Shown here: piece after piece, positions 28,903-37,827 of the stretch
Layout of the letters: the number at the start of each line of letters is the position of its first letter
How positions within the stretch are numbered: position 1 is the stretch's first letter
IMG/VR virus record: IMGVR_UViG_3300045999_011354
Location: 1,340-65,339 of that record
Origin: a virus
Taxonomy: Duplodnaviria > Caudoviricetes
Strand: one strand, 5' to 3'
Length of the DNA stretch: 64,000 nt
Notes under the pieces: model-generated
Database searches by the model: none
Seen by the model: the letters and a program-made list of their open reading frames with translations, nothing else
Told to the model about the DNA's origin: nothing
Made by a program: the position numbers and the translations under genes

Positions 28903-29663
28903 CAGAGTTCAGGCTCAATGAGCCTTGGAAATTGGGTGTTTTCGAGTGAGCAGTAAGCTTTGTAACGCTCGATAAATTCTTGCGCACAAGCTTTCAGCTC
29001 TTGCTTGTTCAGGACGTGAACGTGAGGTTCGCGCCAGTCGTAGCAAACACAGATTACACCCTGAGTTATCTCATTGTCAAGTTCGCCTCGCTTTACAGCA
29101 AGATTGTGAGCAAGCGCATATGCGGCGATCTGCACTTCAGCACTTTTGTAGTGCGACATTGATTTTGCTTTTTTCTTGACGCCTTCTTCTTTGTAGGAGC
29201 GCACTGTTTTCCAGTCCCAGATGCTGTACTGACCGTCCCAATGCAAGCGCAAGTCGGCAGTGCCTGCATAGCCAAGATGACAGTAAAGAGCTTCTTCCAT
29301 CAAAAAAGATGGAGCGCTGACTTCATTCTTGAAGTTTTCCTTTTTGATTAAATCAAGAACTGGCGACAGATGGGTGATGTATTCGTGAATGTTGTAATCC
29401 ATAATTTCATCCATCGTCGCGTGATCCATTTTATGTTTTTCTGCATCTTTCATGAACGACATTTCTACTTCAGCGTGAATGATCGTTCCCCTGCGCTGCG
29501 CCCGTTGCATAATGTCTTCCCAGTTGGGCTCCATCTGTCGCCAGATTTCAAGACCCTTTATTTTGTTTGGATCGAACAGTTCTGATGTCCTACCCAGAAC
29601 AGAGCTGACAGAAACGTATTCGTGATCGTCCTTGACGTAGAAGCCCGATTTAGGATGCGCCAT
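28902..29663 (-). CDS. PD-(D/E)XK exonuclease
   Basis: YVSVSSVL, RGTIIH, YAGTADL, DWKT, QIAAYA. Confidence 0.85.
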   Translation of the reverse strand: MAHPKSGFYVKDDHEYVSVSSVLGRTSELFDPNKIKGLEIWRQMEPNWEDIMQRAQRRGTIIHAEVEMSFMKDAEKHKMDHATMDEIMDYNIHEYITHLSPVLDLIKKENFKNEVSAPSFLMEEALYCHLGYAGTADLRLHWDGQYSIWDWKTVRSYKEEGVKKKAKSMSHYKSAEVQIAAYALAHNLAVKRGELDNEITQGVICVCYDWREPHVHVLNKQELKACAQEFIERYKAYCSLENTQFPRLIEPEL

Positions 29664-29672
29664 GTTTTCTGA

Positions 29673-29846
29673 TTAAAGAGAGGAGTTTGAGAGCAGGAAG
29701 TCAGCCGCCTGCCAATGCCCATTATCTCGCAAGTAAACGATAATTGCAAGCAGTGCGCGTTTTGATTCCGCCTCCCACTCCTCAGGCGCTCGATCGTTGA
29801 TGATCGGGGAAATAGCGAGACAGAGTTCGTGCTCAAGCTTTGTCAT
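29673..29846 (-). CDS. Hypothetical protein
   Basis: ORF within the operon. Confidence 0.5.
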   Translation of the reverse strand: MTKLEHELCLAISPIINDRAPEEWEAESKRALLAIIVYLRDNGHWQAADFLLSNSSL

Positions 29847-30105
29847 GTTTCTGTAAAAGAGATGGAAGCACTCGATCAAATACTTTTTTCCAGTTTATGA
29901 TTGCTGCGTGACCTTCGTGAATTGTTCTCACTTCGCCTGGTTCTGCAAGAATTTCTGCAAGCTGCACCGTTTTGTATCTGTGTCCGCAAAACTCACACTG
30001 CCTGTATCTATAAAAATCTCCACTTGCAGTTCTGAGCGAACTTGTAACCTTTGTGATCAATGCGTTGCATTTTGGGCAGGGCAGAGAGGCTTTGTTGAGT
30101 GGCAC
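29833..30105 (-). CDS. NrdR-like zinc-ribbon protein
   Basis: CPKC...YRYRQCEFCGHRYKT. Confidence 0.65.
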   Translation of the reverse strand: MPLNKASLPCPKCNALITKVTSSLRTASGDFYRYRQCEFCGHRYKTVQLAEILAEPGEVRTIHEGHAAIINWKKVFDRVLPSLLQKHDKA

Positions 30106-30174
30106 GAGGTAGGTGAGTTGGTTGAAGTTCTAATTTGAGGGAAATTAGAAGTTGACTTGGATTTGAGGGGGTGA

Positions 30175-30285
30175 TTAAGGGGCTGAGCTGCAGCGGATGA
30201 TGTGAATCAGGATCGCAACACCACCTGAAAGCCAAACAAACCATATGGCTGCCCAATAAGGAGGCCGAGAATAATGCTTGTTCAT
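30175..30285 (-). CDS. Small membrane peptide (36 aa)
   Basis: MNKHYSRPPYWAAIWFVWLSGGVAILIHIIRCSSAP; starts 10 nt downstream of a TAG-N9-CTT site. Confidence 0.4.
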   Translation of the reverse strand: MNKHYSRPPYWAAIWFVWLSGGVAILIHIIRCSSAP

Positions 30286-30315
30286 GAAACAACGAAGTGG
30301 GTCTGACTACTGGAT

Positions 30316-30645
30316 TTAAGAGCGCAACCTGGCTAGCAGGTCTGCCGTTTTCTCAGCCAGCTTGCAGTAGCTGGTGCCCTCATCACTGGAAACGATGTGT
30401 GGGCAAATGGAGTCGGGTTGCTCAATCCAGTTGCCGAGAGCCTGTTGCAGAGCTGTGAATTCTTTCCAGGTCATGGAAAGGGACTGGTGGCCTCGGCTTA
30501 GATGAATGTCAAAACCTTCAGCATTTGTCCATTCTGTGACTTCGAGGAAATCATCACCCTTTCTATCAATGTTGTAGTTCTTGAGTTCGACAAAGCGGCA
30601 TGTGCGCTGGGATTCTTTCATGGCGTTAGTGGGCTTCAAGTTCAT
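30316..30645 (-). CDS. Hypothetical accessory protein
   Basis: DFLEVTEWTNAEGFDI motif; C-terminal CPHIVSSDEGTSYC. Confidence 0.65.
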   Translation of the reverse strand: MNLKPTNAMKESQRTCRFVELKNYNIDRKGDDFLEVTEWTNAEGFDIHLSRGHQSLSMTWKEFTALQQALGNWIEQPDSICPHIVSSDEGTSYCKLAEKTADLLARLRS

Positions 30646-30871
30646 CAGCGATGGCGAGAAATTCTTGCCTTATGTCATTTGCTTTACTGAACAAAGCCCA
30701 GGCGTAGCCGTAGTCAATTGTTGGCCCTACAGAGTCTTCTGTTGGTTCTGGTTGCCAAGGCACCACCTGATCCGCAGCAGCGCGAAGGGCGGCGGCAAGA
30801 CAACCTTGTCCGGTATGGCTGGAGCGAAAGGCATCCAGCACTGCTCGTGTGACGGGTGAAAGTTCAGACAT
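30626..30871 (-). CDS. Hypothetical accessory protein
   Basis: LSP...AVLDAF...LAAALRAAADQVVP...FLAIADELE. Confidence 0.65.
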   Translation of the reverse strand: MSELSPVTRAVLDAFRSSHTGQGCLAAALRAAADQVVPWQPEPTEDSVGPTIDYGYAWALFSKANDIRQEFLAIADELEAH

Positions 30872-30971
30872 AGAAGTTGATCGGACTACTGGTGTTGCTT
30901 AAAAACAAGCACGGCTGACAAAGAATGTACTCACCAAGCTCATGATGCACAAAAAACAGTAGTGATGTTGA

Positions 30972-31334
30972 CTAATCGGGCAGGGAATCAAGAGCGCGGC
31001 GGATGGCAGATGAGTCAAAACCAAGACCGTGAGTAGAGGCATCCACTTTCAAAAGGTCCAACGCTTGTAGCGCCTGCTCCTTCAAGCTCGGCGGCTTGGG
31101 GCGGCGGGCGGCGCGGAGATAATCCGCGTAGTGTTTGTCGTAACCAGGCAGGCTGCTGTGGAGCCACTCACAACACGCCTCCAGCTCCTGATCAGCGCCC
31201 CAGCGGGCGGCTTGGGTGCAGATGAGCTGCTCGTAGTTCGCCGGATAAGCTCCGATGCAGTCTTGCGAGCGGGTGTTCTCCAGCCACTGCTCCACCAGCT
31301 CAGGCGGCGGAGTGATCGGGTGTTCTTGACTCAT
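30972..31334 (-). CDS. Hypothetical accessory protein, paralog A
   Basis: ITPPPELVEQW...ARWGADQELEACCEWL. Confidence 0.7.
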   Translation of the reverse strand: MSQEHPITPPPELVEQWLENTRSQDCIGAYPANYEQLICTQAARWGADQELEACCEWLHSSLPGYDKHYADYLRAARRPKPPSLKEQALQALDLLKVDASTHGLGFDSSAIRRALDSLPD

Positions 31335-31358
31335 TGTTGAACCTCGTAGTGTGTAGAT

Positions 31359-31823
31359 CTAATTAGAAAAAGATTCAAGAGTCGAAATTCGCTCTTCAAG
31401 GCTGGCGATGAGCTTGCTGGCGATCCAAGAGGAAGCGCATGTGTCGGGCTCATGCGGCCCGTAGACATTTACGCCCATCATCTCATCAATTTGACGAGCA
31501 CGATTTAACACCGCTTTGGAACAGTTATTCAAATAAGGATCGTCTGCTGGCAATACTTTTGGCTCGGGTCTAGTGCGGCGGGCGGCGAGAAGATCGTTCG
31601 CAAGATTATCCAAATTATGAACTCGTAGCCACGTTAGTAGCGCCTCCAACTCTTGATCAGCGCCGTACCTGGCGCTCCTTTCCATCAATTCCACGAATCT
31701 GTCGTACGCCATGGAAACCATTTGTAGGTAGCGACCAGCCTGTTCGGCAGTGACGTACTGTGGCTCGCAGCGCCATTGCTCTATCAACTCAAGCGAGGGA
31801 GTAATCGAATTGATGTCAGTCAT
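31359..31823 (-). CDS. Hypothetical accessory protein, paralog B
   Basis: ITPSLELIEQW...ARYGADQELEALLTWL. Confidence 0.7.
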   Translation of the reverse strand: MTDINSITPSLELIEQWRCEPQYVTAEQAGRYLQMVSMAYDRFVELMERSARYGADQELEALLTWLRVHNLDNLANDLLAARRTRPEPKVLPADDPYLNNCSKAVLNRARQIDEMMGVNVYGPHEPDTCASSWIASKLIASLEERISTLESFSN

Positions 31824-32016
31824 CGGTTGTAAGCAGTGAAGGGCCGAGTTGCTCTAGAGCGCACAACATGCACCAAGTACCCTCATGACCAGTGATGTTG
31901 CTGCTAATCGTGTGTGGATGAGTGCCGTGCTTAGGGCAGATGACCTTCGGAGGTTGATAGACAACTTGGGTTTGATTGGCAATTCGAAGGTCTTGAGCTT
32001 GAAATTCTTTAGTCAT
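31816..32016 (-). CDS. Small Cys/His zinc-binding protein
   Basis: CPKHG and CMLC. Confidence 0.55.
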   Translation of the reverse strand: MTKEFQAQDLRIANQTQVVYQPPKVICPKHGTHPHTISSNITGHEGTWCMLCALEQLGPSLLTTDD

Positions 32017-32218
32017 TTTCTCTGTGGTCGCTAACTGTTTTGCATTCTTTTAAGTCGATAACGGTGACATAGCCTTCCCCGTGCTCTGTTTCCCAAGTAC
32101 TCGGATGCGCCTTCGCTATAACTAGAGCGTCTTCAACCGTTTTACAGGTCTTGATTGGGTAAGAAGATACACCGCACTCGATGCAGCCAACCTGATAAAC
32201 CAGAAAGCGTGCGGTCAT
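32009..32218 (-). CDS. Hypothetical protein
   Basis: GCIECGVSS motif; coupled ORF. Confidence 0.55.
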   Translation of the reverse strand: MTARFLVYQVGCIECGVSSYPIKTCKTVEDALVIAKAHPSTWETEHGEGYVTVIDLKECKTVSDHREND

Positions 32219-32610
32219 TTTTCAATACCAAGTGTCGGGACAGGAAGACCGCCTTCGGTTGGAACGTAGATTGTGCGATTTCCTTTTTCGCTACCTTCTT
32301 GCAAACCTACAATATAAAGATATTGCAAATATCGCGGATTATCTTTCAGTGAATCCCCAATAATGCGATTAGCTTCTGCAACGCCTTTAGCGCGTTCAAT
32401 TTCAGCATCTGCCTCAAGCGAGGCTGCATCTTTTTTCGCCTTTGCTTCAAGTACTCTTACCTGACGAGTGCTTTCTGCCTCCATCAATGAGGCCTTGCCA
32501 GCAAGGGTGCGGTTGTAAACACCTAATTGCGGAATGCCCCAAAGAAGAAGGGCAAGCACTGCAACGACTGGGGTGGCAAGAATAAATACAACGAGTGCGT
32601 CTTGTTTCAT
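32215..32610 (-). CDS. Membrane protein resembling an SPFH/band-7 C-terminal region
   Basis: N-terminal TM; AEIERAKGVAEANRIIGDSL...YLQYLYI. Confidence 0.65.
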   Translation of the reverse strand: MKQDALVVFILATPVVAVLALLLWGIPQLGVYNRTLAGKASLMEAESTRQVRVLEAKAKKDAASLEADAEIERAKGVAEANRIIGDSLKDNPRYLQYLYIVGLQEGSEKGNRTIYVPTEGGLPVPTLGIEK

Positions 32611-32647
32611 GATAATTGATTAGATTGACTGTTGCTTTGATTGATTG

Positions 32648-32893
32648 TTATTTCCAGCGCTCTTGTGTCGCTGGCTTTTCTTTTGCGTAGAACGCAAGAA
32701 TTTCTTTGTAATTCTGCTCTACCCATTCACGAACTGCTCTGTTGGCAATTCCAGAAATACTCATGTCAGTCGCCTGAGACAACTGAACAATTTTGTCAAA
32801 TACTGCCTGCGGGACAGTGAAAGTAATGCGATGAGCTGTCATTTGATCAGTCGTCTCCGAATGCGTCTTCAGCAGCTTTTGCAAGATCATCAA
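32648..32893 (-). CDS. Ribbon-helix-helix (CopG-like) DNA-binding protein
   Basis: RITFTVPQAVFDKI...SISGIANRAVREW; real start is probably later (MTAHR). Confidence 0.6.
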   Translation of the reverse strand: MMILQKLLKTHSETTDQMTAHRITFTVPQAVFDKIVQLSQATDMSISGIANRAVREWVEQNYKEILAFYAKEKPATQERWK

Positions 32894-33653
32894 TCGACTT
32901 GCTATTGATCTTGTCGCTGACGGGCTCAGGAATGATCTGTGCGCCCTTGCTGTTCTTGCCTTGATTGAACATCTTGATATGATCCTTGCCCACCGCTTTC
33001 AGTAGCGCCGTCGCTTTGTTTTCAGGGATTTCGGCGAGACTCAACGATTCAGTGATCGTGAGCACGGTTTTGATCCCGTATTGCGTGATGCCCAGATCCA
33101 TCAGCTTGGTTTCAAGCTTTTCGTTGACAGAGGTGGGCGCAAAGGCAGCGCTGGCAGGAAGGCCGCCCGGTGTCTCATCGACGGGCTTGCGAGCTGCAGG
33201 AGCTGACTTGGGCGCAGAGGTGCCAGCATCGCTTCCCAGGACGGCATCCAGGGCGTCGTGCTCGACGATCTCCATGGCCGTCACCCAGAGGTAGCGACGG
33301 AGGTAGGTCTGCACAGCGCCCAAGTTTTGAATCTCGTGCGCCCCCTTGAGAGCGGCACTGGACATGGGGCTAGAGATCTCGATGCAGTCGTCAGGGTTGC
33401 TGCAGTCGGTGACGGTCAGCGTGGCTTCTTCTTTGCCGTAGCTGACAACACCTGACAGCTCGAGAGACAAAAAGATTTCTTGAACAGTAGGAAGGAAGTC
33501 CCCAAGTTCAAAGTAATTGTACCCAGCGAATTTGTTTTTACCGCTTTTTGAAAGCTTTTTGCCCTGAAGCGCGATACGCGCCTGCATGAGTTTCTGATGA
33601 ACGGACATGCCGCCTTGTGTGTTGAACAGATGCAAGGTAGCATCAGATTGCAT
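32847..33653 (-). CDS. erf: ERF-family single-strand annealing recombinase
   Basis: KSGKNKFAGYNYFELGDFLP...IQNLGAVQTYLRRYLW. Confidence 0.85.
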   Translation of the reverse strand: MQSDATLHLFNTQGGMSVHQKLMQARIALQGKKLSKSGKNKFAGYNYFELGDFLPTVQEIFLSLELSGVVSYGKEEATLTVTDCSNPDDCIEISSPMSSAALKGAHEIQNLGAVQTYLRRYLWVTAMEIVEHDALDAVLGSDAGTSAPKSAPAARKPVDETPGGLPASAAFAPTSVNEKLETKLMDLGITQYGIKTVLTITESLSLAEIPENKATALLKAVGKDHIKMFNQGKNSKGAQIIPEPVSDKINSKSIDDLAKAAEDAFGDD

Positions 33654-33974
33654 GAGCTGTCAACCCCCTTTAGCTGCAAAATGCCGACACGCGCCTCCAC
33701 CTCCCTCAATCGCATCCTGCGAGTGACGGTGAATTTGCTTTTTGAGAAGGGCGAAAGCGTACAGGCAATTGCAAATTTGATGCAGGGATTTGTTGATAGA
33801 AGAATGATTCAAGAATGGTATGAAAAGTATTGCGAGATCAACGGAATTAGTACGGAAGAGAATTCATCTCACAAACATCTGACAAGAAAGATTCCTGTTG
33901 CGCCTATTGATTTTGAAAAAGTAACGCTTGATGAGTTTGAGAAAAGAAAAGAATCGAACTGGGATGACTTTTAG
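33597..33974 (+). CDS. Hypothetical protein (isolated plus-strand gene)
   Basis: Divergent from erf; probable start MPTRAS. Confidence 0.5.
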   Translation: MNGHAALCVEQMQGSIRLHELSTPFSCKMPTRASTSLNRILRVTVNLLFEKGESVQAIANLMQGFVDRRMIQEWYEKYCEINGISTEENSSHKHLTRKIPVAPIDFEKVTLDEFEKRKESNWDDF

Positions 33975-33976
33975 TT

Positions 33977-34294
33977 TTACACAGGTTTCTGTTCCGATAA
34001 TTTTTTATAGTGCTTTTTCGCTGTCTCTTTTGCAAGCTCAAGCGTGCTTTCAACTGACGCAGGCTGTCTTGGGTGCGTATTCAACCATTGAAATGGCTGT
34101 GTTTTTTTAGCTTCTTCCCAGTCTGTGACTTTGATCACAGCAATCCCTCGCGTTGTCATCACCGCCCAGCCGTAGTGATGTGAAGTGTCATGTGCTTCCA
34201 AAAAAGCTTCGACGTATCCTGGCGCATTTAATTCGTCACGCAGCGTGAAGATTGATACCCAGTTCGGCGCCGGTGAGATCTTTGCGTTTGTCAT
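33977..34294 (-). CDS. Hypothetical protein
   Basis: N-terminal PNWVSIFTLRDELNAPGY. Confidence 0.55.
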   Translation of the reverse strand: MTNAKISPAPNWVSIFTLRDELNAPGYVEAFLEAHDTSHHYGWAVMTTRGIAVIKVTDWEEAKKTQPFQWLNTHPRQPASVESTLELAKETAKKHYKKLSEQKPV

Positions 34295-35753
34295 AGCTAT
34301 AAATAATTGAAGGCGCTAGAGCTTTTGCGATCATATCATTTAATTTGTTTTGAATCTTTGTTTTAATCTCCTCGTTACACACCGCTACAGCTTGGTCAAG
34401 TTTTGCGCACAGGCAGTTCACGTCTTTTCTGTAGTAGAGATGCACTCCAAACATGTACACTATTCTTTCGTTTTCTTTGACGCAAAAAATTGCATAATTT
34501 TCTTGCTTGATTCTGCTGTGATAATAGAATGCACAGTTGTGCATTATTTGCGCGTGCCTGTAAAGTTCTTCTGTTCCACTTGCGTAGCAAATTGAATAAC
34601 GATCATCAATAAAATTATCTTGCAACTTTTTGCAAAATAGCATTGATGAATTGTTTTCTTTGAAGTAAAAATGAGTAAATGAATTCTTTCTTCGCTTTGG
34701 GGTTAGCTCAATTAGTGCATCATGTAACTCTCTGATTGAGTTGTATTGAATTTGCGAAAAATCAAATCCTTCATTCGCATTAAGTCTGTGCATCATTGAA
34801 AATGTATCATTGAGAATCATATTACTATAAAGCGCTGAAATGATTGCATCAATAGATAAGCGATCAAAAACTTTCATTTGCTTCGCTTTCAAATACTTTG
34901 CCCCGTACTCGTAATAAAGACCGTCCGAAAATATACGCTCTTGCCCAAAACGATCTAAATGCGCTTGCGACATTTTTTCAAGAAATTCTTGCGCATGATC
35001 TAGTGAGCGATTAATTCTTATGTACTTTGCAATTCGCAGCAATCCTTGCGCCATCAGTGGATTTTTCTTAATCGCACTGAATAGAACGCGCCTGCTCTTC
35101 TTTCCGTTTGTGCGCAAAATTGTTTTTACGGGATCGTCAAGCAGGAATTCACCAACAGAAATTTTACGCAGTGTTTCATCTGTAAATTCACGAGTGCCTG
35201 GGTAGCAGAGCTGCGTCATCAAAGAGAACGGGTCGTTACTCAGATAACGAGTCGAGATCCCATGACGCTTCAGAAAGCTGCGCAGAAAAGCAAGTAGGCG
35301 ACGCTCCTGAGCCAAGTAGAGCCCACGATCAGGGTCTTTGTGCATGGGTTTTTTGCGATTACCCTCTTGCGCCCTGCAAAGCATTGCCAACTTGCTACGC
35401 ATGTGATTTGGAGACGAAGTGCGAACTCCGACTTGGCGCCCAGCCAAGTTGTAAAAAATAAATCTTTTTTCACCAGATTTTAACGTTCTGATCTTGAGTT
35501 GATATTTGAAGTGATCATTAAAAACTGACCCACCCTCGTAGTCTTTCGATCTGTAGCGCGACGAAAAAGTAATTGAATTTTCATGTTCAAATGCAAAAAA
35601 CGTATAACTTGAAGACGACATTTTTCCTTTTTCTGTCGCTTTCATGCCCTTGCGAAAAGATGCGATCTTCTTGCAGGAGATGTAGTTTTTCTTTTTCTGA
35701 GCAGGAATTTGATCAAGCATTGTCTGTTCTGCGTTGAGAGAGTGAGTGCGCAT
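34236..35753 (-). CDS. PcfJ-like domain protein
   Basis: C-terminal ELHDAL...EELYRHAQIMHNCAFYY. Confidence 0.65.
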   Translation of the reverse strand: MRTHSLNAEQTMLDQIPAQKKKNYISCKKIASFRKGMKATEKGKMSSSSYTFFAFEHENSITFSSRYRSKDYEGGSVFNDHFKYQLKIRTLKSGEKRFIFYNLAGRQVGVRTSSPNHMRSKLAMLCRAQEGNRKKPMHKDPDRGLYLAQERRLLAFLRSFLKRHGISTRYLSNDPFSLMTQLCYPGTREFTDETLRKISVGEFLLDDPVKTILRTNGKKSRRVLFSAIKKNPLMAQGLLRIAKYIRINRSLDHAQEFLEKMSQAHLDRFGQERIFSDGLYYEYGAKYLKAKQMKVFDRLSIDAIISALYSNMILNDTFSMMHRLNANEGFDFSQIQYNSIRELHDALIELTPKRRKNSFTHFYFKENNSSMLFCKKLQDNFIDDRYSICYASGTEELYRHAQIMHNCAFYYHSRIKQENYAIFCVKENERIVYMFGVHLYYRKDVNCLCAKLDQAVAVCNEEIKTKIQNKLNDMIAKALAPSIIYSYDKRKDLTGAELGINLHAA

Positions 35754-35777
35754 TCCGCAAAGTCTTGCGCACTATTG

Positions 35778-36371
35778 CTATTTTGTCAATACTTGGGCGC
35801 ATCCTAGACAGACCTCTTCAAAGCTAGAAATCTCAGCAAGCGCATCGACTGCTGTTTTTTCTGCCTCAAAAATCGCATTCACGTGCGAGAGATAGTCAAC
35901 GACATATCTTTTGTTTGCCGAGGCGTAAGCTAAAAGCTGTTCTGCTTGGGACTTGCATTTCTGAGCAATCAGCTTAAGATCTAACAGTTCATCGACTCTA
36001 TACGCTTGCAAATTATCATTCAACTCGATAAATTTAATGGAAAGATCAATCGACTTTTTTCTTTGCAGGAATTCTTTCATGATGCGCACGCACTGAGCTC
36101 TGTACGCACGCTTGTCTTCATATTTCAAGAAGCGATAATTAAAATCATCGACAAGCGCAAAGCAGTGAGAGCTTCCCGCAAATCCAGACAGTGTTGAGCA
36201 CAATGCAAATGTTTCTGCATTGACTTTTATTTTGTCGCCGACACGTAAATGCTGAGGGGGCGCAAAAGAATCTCCATCGTAGCAAAGTATAAATTCATCG
36301 TTCCACCTGCATTTGTCATCCGTGTTTCTATGACAGATTGGGCAGGGCGTGTTGCGAGAGGAATGATTCAC
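35778..36371 (-). CDS. Primase-type zinc-binding domain protein
   Basis: SSRNTPCPICHRNTDDKCRW...ILCY; coupled to the helicase. Confidence 0.55.
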   Translation of the reverse strand: MNHSSRNTPCPICHRNTDDKCRWNDEFILCYDGDSFAPPQHLRVGDKIKVNAETFALCSTLSGFAGSSHCFALVDDFNYRFLKYEDKRAYRAQCVRIMKEFLQRKKSIDLSIKFIELNDNLQAYRVDELLDLKLIAQKCKSQAEQLLAYASANKRYVVDYLSHVNAIFEAEKTAVDALAEISSFEEVCLGCAQVLTK

Positions 36372-37822
36372 TCTGCACGCTCCGTCATTGCATAAAATTC
36401 TTTGGCGAAGGAGATCTCACATGTTCCCGTCGCACCTTTTCTATTTTTGACAACGGCATACTCATAACGCATTGTGTCTTCGTTTTTGTCGTAATACCAA
36501 GGCCAGTAATTCATGATCACCATGTCGGCATCTTCTTCGATGCGCCCTGATTCACGAAGATCAGAAAGCATTGGTTTTTTGTCATTTCTCGATTCAACAC
36601 CTCTGTTCAATTGGCAAACGGCAAGAATATCAACACCTGTTTGCAGTGCAACAGTTTTTAGTTTTCGTGTTGCTGCGCCGATTGCAAGTGCTCGTGTTTC
36701 AGCTTTTGTTGAATCAGAATCAAGATCCATCAATGTTAGGTAGTCAATGATCACAAGTGAAAGATCTTTATTTTTGCGCTTTTCTGTTTTGATTTTTGTT
36801 GCAACTTGAGTTGGCGACACGTTGTATGTATTTGTAAAGATAAAGTTCTCTGCAATGCGTTCGATTGGAATTGATCGAATCCGCTCCTCTTGCTCCTCAT
36901 CTTTAATTTGCCTGATGATGTGCCCATAGCTAAGAGGTGTGCCACCTTTTTCTAAGCACATTAAATAATCAAGACATGACAACATGCGCTGACAGACTTC
37001 TTTGTCAGACATTTCAAGCGTGTAAAAAAGCACCTTGGAACCCTTTGTGGCGACATCGAGAGCCAAGTTCATGGCCCAGGTCGATTTGCCGCTGCCTGGG
37101 CGTCCTGCAACAACGATCAGGCGTCCGTCCGTCCCAAGTGTGGGATGGTTCAGGCCACCGCCAAGAGCACTGTTCAGGAAGCCAAAACGGGTGCGTAGGA
37201 CACGATTTTCCTGCTTCGGACCAAGCAGCATTTCCTTGGCAGCGATGAAGGGATGAACCTCATCTTTTTGTGTTTCTACGCCCTCAATAAGCTGCGCGGC
37301 ATTTAGCACATAAGAAAGCGCGACCTGAGATTCTTGTATGTTGCAGCTTCTTTCTACAATATCTAGCGAATTTTTTAAGTAGTCTTTAACGAGAGAGCGG
37401 GCGTGATGAAAATGCCAAATAGGGATAATTTTATTTTTCCAGACATCAAGATCTTTTTCTACAGGGCGTGAAACAATCTCATCAATGTAATTGTCAATTG
37501 TTGCTGCATCGCATTCGACTATTTTTCTAAGGCGAGTCGAAACAGTAATTTCATTCGTCGGCGCGTCCTGGAAAGTTAGTAGTTCTTCTTGCAAGCAATC
37601 GAACATGCTTTTGTTAAGTGCGTCAGAAAATATCTCGCGCCCTTTAGGAAGATCCATGAATTTATCAATCCAATCCTGTTCGCCGAACCCAAAACAAAGA
37701 TGGTTGTAGGCGGCGGCAAGAAAATGTTTTTCTATTTCAACTGAGTCCTGCTGAGTTTCAAAGTCTTCGATGCCGAGTGTTGTCACGTTGTTCTGAGTGC
37801 GAGAGTTTGCAGATTGTAGCAC
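36368..37822 (-). CDS. dnaB: Replicative DNA helicase
   Basis: VAGRPGSGKST, IIDYLTLM, QLNRGVESR.DKKPMLSDLRESGRIEEDAD, KNRKG.TG. Confidence 0.95.
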   Translation of the reverse strand: MLQSANSRTQNNVTTLGIEDFETQQDSVEIEKHFLAAAYNHLCFGFGEQDWIDKFMDLPKGREIFSDALNKSMFDCLQEELLTFQDAPTNEITVSTRLRKIVECDAATIDNYIDEIVSRPVEKDLDVWKNKIIPIWHFHHARSLVKDYLKNSLDIVERSCNIQESQVALSYVLNAAQLIEGVETQKDEVHPFIAAKEMLLGPKQENRVLRTRFGFLNSALGGGLNHPTLGTDGRLIVVAGRPGSGKSTWAMNLALDVATKGSKVLFYTLEMSDKEVCQRMLSCLDYLMCLEKGGTPLSYGHIIRQIKDEEQEERIRSIPIERIAENFIFTNTYNVSPTQVATKIKTEKRKNKDLSLVIIDYLTLMDLDSDSTKAETRALAIGAATRKLKTVALQTGVDILAVCQLNRGVESRNDKKPMLSDLRESGRIEEDADMVIMNYWPWYYDKNEDTMRYEYAVVKNRKGATGTCEISFAKEFYAMTERAE

Positions 37823-37827
37823 GTATT

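Noticed and set aside
28902-29663. Cas4 as evidence of a CRISPR system
   Set aside because: No Fe-S cysteine set; the context (ssb, erf, rusA) indicates an ordinary phage recombination exonuclease.
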